64,000 nt of DNA from Camelus ferus. Lineage: Eukaryota. The stretch is from positions 23,500,001 to 23,564,000 of the forward strand of contig NC_045696.1 of the NCBI RefSeq assembly GCF_009834535.1. The letters are read 5' to 3'. Both the position numbers and the translations under genes were made by a program. The notes under the pieces are model-generated. The model did no database searches. It worked only from the letters and a program-made list of their open reading frames with translations, and was not told where the DNA came from. Positions 52,706-64,000 of this stretch are shown piece after piece. Position 1 is the stretch's first letter, and every line of letters begins with the position of its first letter.

Positions 52706-53778
52706 CTGCAGAAGAAAATCATTAGTATAAACATTAGGAAACAGAACAACGGAAGCCCCCAGTTTAAGTGCACAGACTCTTAAGTCTTAAAAATACCTTC
52801 ATTTGTTTAGTATAAAATGAAACTATCTAAAACTGAACTTTAGAAGCAAATGCATTAATCAAGTAATAATACAAGACCTCCAGCTTTTCCGTTACTACTC
52901 AAACACTAAGTTTTTATTTTTTCCACAAGCTTCTTGGACTCCAAGTTCTTAAAAATAATAAACATTGAAGTTGTATATCCTACTACTGTCTTTGTAGGTG
53001 GTTTTATTTATTTTTTAGTTCTAGTAACTCCATAAAGTCTTCCTTGATCTCTTCATCAAAATAAGATATGACCTCCTCTGAATCCAGGAGAGTTCACAGG
53101 TTTTCTTTCTTATGAGAGTTTACTTTTCTATCCTTTCTAGTAATCAATTGTTTTATACCCTTAATATCCACACTCTGTTGTGCTTAACTCACTTGGTCAC
53201 AGCCTGCTGAGACCAAGTACTATATATTTACATAATGAGTGTCCAGTGAATTCTTGTTTTTGAAAAAGCTGCTTGAAATTAATATCCATTTTTAACAACT
53301 CAATCAGGTTTTCTTTTTTTCATTAACAAATTCTGTGAATTTCACTAATCCACACTAATGAAGTGGAAGCCAGTATGAAATCCCGAAAGTCCACTCAAAG
53401 GACACTAATATGGTTTATTCAAAACACTGTTTAGACTTCACAAGGATTTTACTGTACTAAATAGATTTATAACTAGCATATTCACTATTTACCTACAAAC
53501 AAATTTCAAAAGTACTTAATGTGCTTGAAGGAAGCTTAAATAGTTTCAAACATTATCATAAATGTTTTCTTAAGCAAAGATGAACTTTAGTTTCCACATA
53601 AAATAATAGAAAATGTTGATAAAAACAATTAAAGTGGTTTTATTTTAATTTAAAATATATGTAAATTTTAGTGATTTTTCTAACTTTTCTGAAGTACATA
53701 TGCAGCAAACGTTTAATTAAACGATAAAACAAAACTAATGGCCAAGGCTGGCACTATCTCTTTTAAAAGAAATGTTAC

Positions 53779-53949
53779 TTTTTTAAAAAAAAATATTTTA
53801 TTTACTTATTATTGTATTATTTAATTATTTTATTTTGGTGGGGGGGGTAATTAGGTCTGTTTATTTTTAGAGGAGGTACTGGGGTTATTGAACCCAGGAC
53901 CTCATGCATGCTAAGCATGTGCTCTACCACTTGGGGCTATATCCTCCCC
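53779..53949 (-). mobile_element. tRNA-derived camelid SINE (Vic-1-like) with TSD
   Basis: Minus strand GGGGAGGATATAGCCCCAAGTGGTAGAGCACATGCTTAGCATGCATGAGGTCCTGGGTTCAAT...A-rich tail; A/B boxes; flanking direct repeat agaaatgtta at 53768-53777 and 53953-53962. Confidence 0.85.
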
Positions 53950-54929
53950 AATAGAAATGTTATTTTTAATCATAACATTTTTAGAAAAGGTTTCTTTGCT
54001 CTATTCGAATCCTCAGCTTTTCAAGAGGAAATAACCAACCTGCATGGTTGTCATTATCATGAGCGATAATATTCAGCTAACCCAACACGTGATACGTAAT
54101 TTTTGTTCTATAAATGATAGGTATTACCAATATTATTATACTATTATGTTACTTTAAATTGCTTCTATTTGAATAATTCTAACCCAATATTACTGCCACA
54201 CTTATCTTACAGAGATAAGCTTGACCTATGACATCTAATTTAGGAGTTCTTAATCTTTCCAGCATTTGAGAGAGTAAAAATTGTCCTAGGTCTCCATTCA
54301 CAAGTGAAATATAAGCAAGTAAATGAAGAAATTTATCTTCACTTTGTGGTGAAAAGTTTCTCACAAGCAAACCAATCCAAAACAATACTATAATGAGAAG
54401 AAAAAGATAAATTTAAGGTAAGTAGCAACTGGGAAATGTATTCCTTACAATACTGATCCTTGTAAAACAACATATTTCCTTTGAAAAAAATTGCACTTAG
54501 GTAAAATAACTGTTTAATAAACATTTTCAGTTACTGTAGAAGAGTTTCAATAGCATAATACTGATTAATTACATGGGTGAAAGTTGAAAAAAGGAAGAAA
54601 CTTTGGGCACATATAATAATTGTATATAAATATATACGTACATATGTACACACACATAATACGTATTGTATTGCTCATCAAGTGCAGGTATCCTAAAGTA
54701 CTCTAAAAATTTTTCATATAAAGAACTTTAGGGTTCACTGAGGTATAGTACAGGTATATTTGTATTTTCCTATTACTGTCAGGCCCCATGTGAACACCTT
54801 AACAAAGGCTGAACTTGAAAGAGATTAAAAATAAGTTCCTCAAGTTAAAAAGTTGCAAAAATAATTAAAATATAAAGCTTTTTACTAATTGCTTGAAATC
54901 CATTAAATATATGACTTTTTAAAAAAGTG

Positions 54930-55400
54930 GTTCATAAAAGGGTGATTAGAAAGCTATATACCTTCCACTCTTTTGGCCCCCTTTATATGCTCATACTTTT
55001 TAACCTAGTAATTCAACCAGTGGGAATCTAAAGAAATAACCAGAAATATAGAAGTTTCATTTTTAGGAGCCATTCATAATAATGCAAAAGTAGAAACAAA
55101 TATACAATGGGGGGTGAGTAAGTAAAAAAGAATTTAGTCACCTAACGGAGTATTATTCAACCATTTAAATGTTTTTTACAAAGAGCTTATAACATGGAGA
55201 AATAATGAAGTGATTTAAAAAAGAAAAGTTACAATATAAAATTTTATACAAAGTAGTAATTCAACTACAAAAATAAATCTCAAACCTGTATATAAAAATA
55301 AGAATGAAAGAAAACACACCAACATATTAACAATGATTAACTTTGGGTAATAGGAATATGCATGAGTCTTTTTTGGAGTCTGCTTTTCTCTATTTTTAAA
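54930..55400 (+). mobile_element. Old L1 3' fragment
   Basis: acctagtaattc...gggaatct...ttcataataatgcaaaa...aacacaccaacatattaaca. Confidence 0.5.
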
Positions 55401-57470
55401 AATAGTTCATTTAAAATTAGAGACATTTTTCTAAAAAGTAAGGTGTCTTAACCTTTGGAGAGTATCTCTCTATGGTTTCTTTGATTCTAAGCTTTCCAGG
55501 AATTTTTTTTTTAACCTTAAGGCTGGAATTTTATATATGTATATTTGTGAAATGGTTAGGATTTAAGTAACAGAAGGAAACAAACAGCTACTAAGGGCCT
55601 ATGGTACATGTTAGGCACTTAAAAAAAATGATCTTAATTCATCCCCAAATCCCTTCCATCTTATGTTAAAAAAAAAGAGGTTTAGAAAAATTAGGCAACT
55701 TACTTAAATTTGCAGTTAGTAAGAAGTAAAACCAGTATTCAGAAACACAGTACTATCTACTCCCCACATCTGAAGACTCTTTTGCAGTTTAGTTTCTAAG
55801 GCATACCTTCAGTCGAGAAGACCCAGTAAGTGATTACCATGATCCTAAGCAACTGACTATGAGACCAGACATTCTGCAGGATTTATACAGATAATGGGGC
55901 CAACTGTTGGTGCTACTCCTACAAAAGAAGCCAAATGGAAAAATATTTATGCTAGTTATCATATTCTCTCAGTGCCATCTCCTTTCTCAAGTAAAGGTGA
56001 AACAGTAGATTGCTGCCTTGTAAGATGATATCTGTATTAATAAACCAAGCGATCAAAATTTAAGTGTTCATTTCTGCAAATTTAAATTACACATGATTAG
56101 CCAAAATAAAAAGTCATGATTCTACACTCAACTAATGCTTTTGGCTTTCTGATCACCAGTTAAAAGGATGCTACTTATCAACCATAATTTAGGCTCTAAC
56201 AAATAAAAATCCTAATTAGCAAAAGCCCTGGCAATTTATATTTTTATGTCAGGCAAAAATATTTCTCCCTTGTATCTACTTCTCTGCCTTTTCTCCCTCC
56301 CGCGTATTTCCTCTTCTACCATTCTCCAAAAAGCAGACACCCCAGATCCATTAAAAGAAGCATTTTTCAGGAAGTGCTTCAGAGTTAGCAGGTCCTCATC
56401 TCAAGCTTATTCATAGTCTCAAGGTTACTTGCAAAATTTGGAATAATGAAAAATATCTGTATTAATATATATGTTATAGTAAGATGATTATATATCAAAC
56501 TTCTTCAAACAGGAAATAAAATTTAAAAATAATTTCTTATTACTTTGTTCATCAAAACATAATTAACAGAATACCCTATTAATTGAACATTTTGGTTAAT
56601 CAAGGTCTTATCATATTAAAGACCTCACTGAAATTAGCAGGCTATTACTGGGATTAAGTTCATTAAGTAGAAAATTATGTATTGAAAAATTAGATGTCCT
56701 GTTTTCTTTAGTTTCTCCTAGGAGAGGAATCTTCAAATACTAAAATTAGCTATCACAAAATATGTACTTGAGCTGCCTGTACTCACTAATAAAATAAAAA
56801 ATAAATCACTACAGCAACTGAATTGTTATGTAGTACAAAATTCTTGCAATAACATCTCTCAGGATATATTCATTGAAAACATAATACAATATCAATGTGC
56901 TCAACTTACTGTTATAAAAAGATACATTTGATTACTTGAAATTATAATACAGGAGCCATATAATGACAATTTTGTACAGGATACCCTTGAAGTATGCAAA
57001 AACTGTTTTATGGTATCATATTTGTTCTGCTAATAATATTTTAACCTAGAATATCTAGTATTTGATTGTTTGACACAGTCCAGGTAACAATGAAAATCAT
57101 ATTTTACATTCCCAGCTACTCCAATGTAATACAACTAAATATGGAGGGAAGGTTAGGGAAAGGAAAAATAATGCTAAATTTTGTACTTCTCTTTTTAAGT
57201 TTCAAATCAAATGACCAGTTTAGTCTATGATTATTCATAATTCTCTAACAGAAAGATAGAAATTTATTTTTTTTAAAGCAGTATTTTAAAAATTACAGCT
57301 GAGGAAATTACAGACTGCAGGTGGCACCTGCAATCACTGATCATGTTCATGGAAGAGCCATCCCTCAGCCCAGTCTCTCCTGACTCCCAGACAGGGCATT
57401 CTCCTTACACTGCCAGGAAACCTCGTGAGCATGGCGGCTACGTTCAGAGAGCTAAAAGAAAAGTTCTTAC

Positions 57471-57610
57471 CGACTGCAAAACTGTTTCAGGACTTTTATC
57501 TTCGTGCTCATGTGATGCCTTGGTAATTATTCGAATAGTTTCTTCTTTCAAGTGCTTTGAGAAATCACTTCTTGATGGCTGCTCTAGATATTCTGGTTCT
57601 CCTGCTTGTG
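57471..57610 (-). CDS. USP25: USP25 coding exon (first in window; ~human exon 18), 140 nt, phase 1->0
   Basis: ttttctcatgaag|CA CAA GCA GGA GAA...TTG CAG TCG|gtaaga; translates [46 protein letters not shown], recognised as the USP25 post-catalytic region. Confidence 0.95.
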
Positions 57611-58565
57611 CTTCATGAGAAAAGAATCAATTGTATATCTAATATAAATCACAAATTCTATACTAAGATGAATCTGTTATTTCTCATTTGAAGTTAAACA
57701 ATAATCAATTTTACTCTTCTATTTAAAGTAATACATCCTTCAATATACAGCACATCCCCCAGAATTTACCATAAAAAAAAAGGAATCAGATCCAAGATTA
57801 GTCAAATAATTACAAAAGAAAGCCCTCAGTACAGTTTATGCTAAGAAATTCACAGTAAATTTTTCTGTCATGATAAGTACCAAAATCTCACTCTGAAAAA
57901 TCACTAGCATTCTACCAAAAAAAAAAAAAGATTCCTTTGTATAACAATCCTGGTCTGAATTTCCACAGAGAGCACAGCAGCTGTTTTTCTGGCCACAATA
58001 ATATACTTTCTCACACCTATCTTAACAAAACTCTAGCCCTGAATAACCCCACCTTCTGTCTTTTATGAACCTATTCCTGGTAGCTGAGTGCTGTCAGAGG
58101 GAAAACAATTACAACTTGGCAAACTGGTACCAATATAAATTCAAGACTCCAAACACCATCTCTGCAAAGAACTCTCCAAGTCATATCTACTGCTTAAGCT
58201 CTGAGCTCCAGACCCTGAAGACCCAACAGTGTACTCTGAAGTCCACTGGCTGTTTAACAGACAGCCCCAAAATCCTTTCACAACCTACCAGGCTTTACAT
58301 AAGTGAGCCTCCACCTATCTCTCCAGCATCACCTGGTGTCCTTTGCCCTTTGATCATAAAGGGACACACACACTAGCCTTTTCTCAGCTTATCCAATACA
58401 CCGAAGAAGAGGTTTACTTTTCAACCTTTGGATCTTCCTCATTTTCTTCCCTTTGCCTGTAAGTTCACCTAGTCTCATTCCCCTGCTCATCTAATAACTT
58501 CTACACAGTCTCTTGTCTAAATACCGCTTTCTTATAGAAGTATTCCTGATTACCCCATTTCCAGA

Positions 58566-58750
58566 GCTGGGTTGCTCAGCCTCAGCGCTCCTGACACTTT
58601 GGTTTGGACAATTCTTTGGTGCAGAGGGTTGTCCTGTGTATCCAGGCATCAACCCACCAGATGCCAGTAGTACTGACCCCCAAGGTGTGACAATCAGTAA
58701 TGTCAAATGCCTCCTGAGGAACAAAACCACTCCCAGATGAGAACTGTTGC
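58566..58750. mobile_element. MER20 MITE nested in an L2 fragment (~58070-58950)
   Basis: ctcagcctcagc...ctgacactttgg...acaattctttg...ttgtcctgtg...ccagatgccagtag...gtgacaa. Confidence 0.75.
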
Positions 58751-59149
58751 TCAAGAGTAGCTTATACTTTCTCGTTAACAGCACTTATCACAATTGTGAC
58801 TTCATTACTGTTATTAAGTATTTGTTTCAAGCCCATATTCCTTGCTAGACTGTAAGCATCTCCAGAGCAGGGATGTTATTTCCCTTTTGTACTCTGCTGT
58901 TTCTTTAACATCAAACATATAATAAGCACACAATAACATAATGGAACAAATGAACTGAAAGGAGGAATAAGAAAGTACATGAAAATATTCTACAGTGTTA
59001 CTGGGATAGGTTACGTGAGTTCTTGCTCAACCAACTGGTGAGAAACGGCAAGGTTACTGTCATTATTCCCAATATTTGATTAATTTAAAACATCTCTCAA
59101 AATGAAATACCATTCAAAAAGAAATGCTATACTTTCAACATAGACACAT

Positions 59150-59860
59150 GGTCTTTCATTTACCCAGTAATCTTTAACTAAGCATCTAAGTACCAGGCAC
59201 TAGGCTAGGCATTGGGACTCCCGGTGTGAGCAAAGCAGTCAGTTCCTGCCTCCAAGAAGCTTATAGTCAACTATGGAAAAAGTTATCAACCAAAGAATCA
59301 CACATACGAATTGTGACAATATTATAATAATACATTCTGGGGATAAAATGGGGGAGGGGTAATTTAGATTTTAGCTGAAGGATGATAGATTAGGTTTGCC
59401 ACATGAAGAATGAATAGCCCAGGAAGTGAGCATGAGCCTAGAATGGCTGAACTATAGTACAAGAGCTCCTCTTGAATATGGCAAGAGAAGATGCAGGTTA
59501 AGGATAAAATAGAGGCCTGTGAGTCACATAAAAGTTTTGAGGGCAAAAGGAAGTGAATAAATGTTTTAAATACAATGGCAACACGGCAGGTTTAAAAAAG
59601 TTATCTGGCTACATTTTGAAGAATGGATTAGAGAGGAGAATAAAATCTGAAGCAGTGAAAGTACTAGAAGGTACCAGAACAATACAAGAAATGACTGTGC
59701 TTTTGGACAACAGGGACAGCAACAGAGAGAACTGTTAGAGTCAAGATATATTTTAGACAAAGGTTTGGAGACTGATGTGAAGATGACTCAAGTTTTTGCA
59801 TGAATAAGCAGGATGAAGGAGCTAACATATACCATGACAAGGAAAACTAAAGGAAGGAAC
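59150..59860 (-). mobile_element. L2 fragment
   Basis: taccaggcactaggctaggcattggga...ttcctgcctccaagaagcttatagtc...gatgactcaagttttt. Confidence 0.6.
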
Positions 59861-60519
59861 TAAAACTTACAACGTGTGTGATGGGCAGAGAAAAAGAAAT
59901 TAAATGTCCTCATTTCTGTATTTCCTGACTTTGTACTGCAATGTTCTTTCATTGTCCCTATGTGATAAGAAAATCTTAGGTTCCAGCTCAGCAAGGCTTC
60001 TGCTTCTGGAAGGTTTCATGATCAGTGACTTAAGCCAGCTGGTTTAGGGCTTAACAGAGAGAAACTTCTTGTTGATAAAGCTTTGATCACTTATGCTTGC
60101 CCCTCTTTGTCTCTTCTCACTGTAATAGATAAAAAAAACATCAATGGCTAATAGGATGTGAGCTTAATGCAATGAGGGCCAAGAAGTCCATCTGGTCTGA
60201 CACTGGTCTAAGCCATGGAAACCTGGACAGTGTATGTAAATTAGGTCCTTAGGAGCAAAAGTATTTTTATCTGATCAACACAGTCAAATATACTTTAGGT
60301 CACCAGTGTCAAGGTTTCCTTCCACATAGCAATTTCAGTCCAAAATTCTCATAAATGATGCTGAACGATTTTGCCTAAATGTCATACAGAACTATTTCCT
60401 CCAGAATTTTCCTTGTGTATGTATCTTCTAGGGAACTTATCTGAGTGGTGCTGTAGTCACAGTAGGTGAACCTACAAGGACTGGAGATCTGGAAGTTTGT
60501 AAACAAAACCCCAAATCTC

Positions 60520-61300
60520 ATTTCCAACATGTTTACTGAGCCAGTGCCATTCTCAGTACTGTGTGGGGGAAAAAAAAAAAAAAGACATAAAATTCATTCA
60601 CTAAATTTAAAGACCTCTCAATAAAATCAGATAAATATATATTCCATTACAGTACAAAGTACTAAATACAATAAAAGACTTATGCACAAGGTCCTACAGA
60701 AGCACTGTGGACCCAATATACACACTTGGAATGATGCTGCATCTTAAGAAAGACTTTCTAGAAGAAATGCCAACTGAGATGAGTCTTGAAGGATTTGCAG
60801 AGATTATCTTGGAGATTAGAAAGAAGATAATTCCAGGTAGGAGGAACAGCACATGCAAAGGCACTGGTAAGGACAGATAAAAGATTAATTAAGTCCTTGT
60901 TATTAATGAGCCTTTACACTGGTAAGCAAATCAAAAATATAACATAAATTTGGTAGTGAGAACAGACTGGGAATAGAATAGAGGAAAAAAGACAATAGTT
61001 GCTACAGGGGTATTATTAGGGAGATTCATAAAGACTTTGGGGTATGAGGAAGGTCTTAAAGAATGGATAAAATTTCGAGAACAGTGAAGGTAAGAGGACA
61101 TTTTTTAAATGAAGGGTACTTCGTGAGCAAACCTATAATAAAAGGAAAGTTCCCTACAACTAAGAATAACGGGGAATAATCTGGTTTAGATGAAACATAA
61201 CGTATTTATAGAAAGGTTGTCTTGAAAGAATTACCAGGGAGTCAGATTATAACAGAGGGTTTTCATAAAAAAGAAAAAAGGTTTTGGCTTCATTTTGTCA
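60520..61300 (-). mobile_element. L2 fragments
   Basis: gagatgagtcttgaagga...ttccaggtaggaggaacagcacatgcaaaggc. Confidence 0.55.
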
Positions 61301-63211
61301 AACCGGAAGAGTAAAAAATGTGTTCACTAAAACAAACAAATAACCAAAGGAGGAAAATAAAAAGCTCTTTCCACTATGCAGAGTTAAGCACTATCAATAT
61401 TTTTAGTATTATATATTTCCAGACTTTTCCCATTGTCTTAAACAAAAAGAACCATTATGAATATACTCCTTTTAACTTAATATAACAATTTTCCTGTCAA
61501 TATATTTTTTACTGGTTATACAATGTTGTTTTGTATGAAAGGCTCATACAACTAATATCTTGCCATACATTTAGGGAATTTCCATTTCTTTGTTAAAAAC
61601 AACAGTTGGACAAACACTCTGGCTCTTTTGTGTGCAAATACACACAATGGTTTTTGTTCACCCTGTGAGTCTCCAGAAGCCGCACCGCCGCTGGCCTATA
61701 TAAATGGCAGGAACTCAGTAACGAGAGGCTATGCTGTTTGCTTTATATTCTAACTGACATTTTTATACTAACCGTTCCCTCAGTTATGAAACAATATGTT
61801 ATTGTTCAAGCTTCAGCGGTGACATTTGTTATTCTTAATTCCTGGAAGTCTTCCTTGGTTACCTATCTGCAGCTACAAACTCCTGAATGCACTTGTTCGA
61901 CTGTGAATGACTAGTTCTCTGTGGAGGTATCCCCGTAACTAGAGTATCTCTCAAATCAATTACCTGTTCTATGGGTGTTTCACTGAGATTTCTGGATAGC
62001 TATCTTCCACATAAGACTTTATCCAGCCAAGCTCTGTGTTCATAATGGAAGGGCTTCGTTCACCTATTTGGCTGTTATATAAAATCTAACAACCTGGGAG
62101 CACTCTGAGACTGCTCCTTTGGTCCACCTTCCTGTCTAAAGTAAGGGTCTGGAAGGGCCTTGAGAATATTCTCTGCCTATTTCCTGGTTACATCCTTCAA
62201 CATTTTAAGAGAGTCAACGTGACAAACAAAGGGCTTTCTGTTAAAGCATAGGATCTGCTCTTTAATTAACTATTTAAAAAGGAGCAGTATTTCATATCTT
62301 TCAGAAATATTTCATACTGTGACTTACTAATGAGTCACACTTACTATTATTACATTCACATTTAGAAGAATAAAGAGGACTGCTTCAAAGCAAATAAATC
62401 CATTTGTTTCTAGAAATGTATTTAAAATCAATGATCTTCCAAAAGCAGCCTACAAGAGCCATGCTAGGCTCCTGCACAGAATTATCAGAAAAACTCTGGA
62501 GACTTCAGATTCCTGGATGCCACCACAAACAAGATTGTCAGGAATGTGACAGGTAGAGGCTTTAGGAACCAATGTTAAACCTAAAATTCATCCAGGATAT
62601 AGAGCTGTATCTGCACTACGTATTTTTAGTCTGCTTCCATAATGTAGTTATTTTGACTATACTTTTTAAATCGTGATACTCCCATATACTGAGGATTGCC
62701 CCTAGGAACTCATGACTGCAATCTCCATAGGGAATGAAATCAAATCAGAAAACACAGAAGGGGTATCTATCATATGTAATTTATTATGCTAGATTTGGAG
62801 ATTTAAATAAAAACATCACCCAGTTCCTGCTTTAAAGGAACTTGAGAGTGTTGAGGATAGTGTTCATTCTACCAGGTCTAACTTTTAGGAACCAGTTGTA
62901 CATTCCTGGAGCATCAGCTGATTTTTGACTTGTAGACAGCAGAAAAGTTCCAGAGCCAATTCTGCATGCCACCTCTAAGAAAATCTATGAAATCTTTTGG
63001 AATGAATTTCATACCAGTATTAACCATTTTTTCTACTCTTACTTTTTGGTTTCAGTTTCTTTCTGTTTTTAAAAGCTGGGTATGCTATATACGTCATAAG
63101 GACATCTAGTGGTTTTTGAATAAGACAGAAGTAACACAAGTAAAACAAGAACTGTGGCAAAGCCTGTCTCTCCTTCAGAGAAACTTCTGTTCTATACATA
63201 CAGCCTAGAGC

Positions 63212-63405
63212 CATGCTGCTTAACCAGAGGTACACCTCAGAATTGTCTGCAGATCTATTTAAAAATATATATTCTGGACTCTTCCTCCACAGATTCTGAT
63301 CCCAGTAAGTCGTAGGTGGTCTTAGGTGGGGTGTCCTGTTTATACTCTGAAAAAAAGTCTTCCAGGTAATTCTGATATATACAGTAACAGTTAAGAACTA
63401 TTGGC
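63212..63405. mobile_element. MER5A-like hAT MITE
   Basis: cagattctgatcccagtaagtc...tccaggtaattctgat...gttaagaactattg. Confidence 0.6.
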
Positions 63406-64000
63406 TAATTTTTTAAACACAGTTTTCTTTTGGAGTAAGCAGGTTTATGAAGGTAGAGTGAGATGGACTAAAAATACTTTCCTATCATTTATTACTTAGT
63501 TTCAATAAGAAAATGAATGGTGCTGGAGAAGTAATGCCTATTGATTTCTTGGTCACGTGTTAAAGAAGATAAACACTCATTTAATTAATATTATATAAAT
63601 TAATTCTAATTTGGGGTATCACTCAGAAAAAATTAAATTTTAATGGTTTTTAGATTATAGCTCTACTGAGAAGATTTGCAAGGAGGGAAGAAAAAATTAC
63701 TCTGATGGATTTTATAAACAAGATTTCCTTACATTATGTCCACTAGTCACCCATATTAGTGCACATCTGAGAGATTTAAATACAGGTTTCACTTTGATAT
63801 TCTGAAAGCATTATGCCAAATTAAACAAATTACTTTGAAAAATGTGAAGAGACACTGGAAAATGATAGCATGGGCATCAAAGTAAAATTTCTCTACTAAT
63901 AATACGAAAGAATGGTTCTAATAAACATATTACAAAAGATTTCCTTATTTAATTGTGCTATGTTAAATTCCCCTGAAACAGAGGATGGATTTCTTAGTAT

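Noticed and set aside
53870..53949. tRNA-like sequence as a tRNA gene
   Set aside because: Indels near the A and B boxes, an A-rich tail and a TSD mark it as a SINE head.
55390..55405. 16-bp palindrome ctatttttaaaaatag with two MEF2-like sites
   Set aside because: It is almost pure A/T at the end of an L1 fragment, where such matches are expected by chance.
1..64000. CRISPR arrays, operons or a novel multi-gene system
   Set aside because: The sequence is eukaryotic, with one spliced gene and dispersed decayed repeats. I saw no regularly spaced repeat-spacer structure and no long intact ORFs.

Overview
AT-rich mammalian genomic DNA. A tRNA-derived SINE at ~53.8 kb points to a camelid. The window holds the 3' part of USP25 (ubiquitin-specific peptidase 25) on the minus strand. 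I read nine GT-AG coding exons by hand between 57610 and the TAA stop at 27217. Their phases are mutually compatible, and they include the two frame-neutral cassette exons (114 and 96 nt) of the longer, muscle-type isoforms. A ~1.4 kb 3'UTR with tandem poly(A) signals follows. Bases 1 to ~25.7 kb are intergenic and rich in decayed transposons (L1, L2, MIR, MaLR/ERVL LTRs, hAT and Tigger MITEs), including an ERV-L gag-pro remnant nested inside an old L1. Nearly all ORFs in the supplied track are spurious. I see no evidence of a new multi-gene system. The most interesting unexplained signals are candidate poison (NMD) cassette exons and RBFOX/QKI motifs around the regulated exons, and a possible spliced read-through path past the poly(A) site. 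Repeat boundaries are approximate and family names were assigned by eye.
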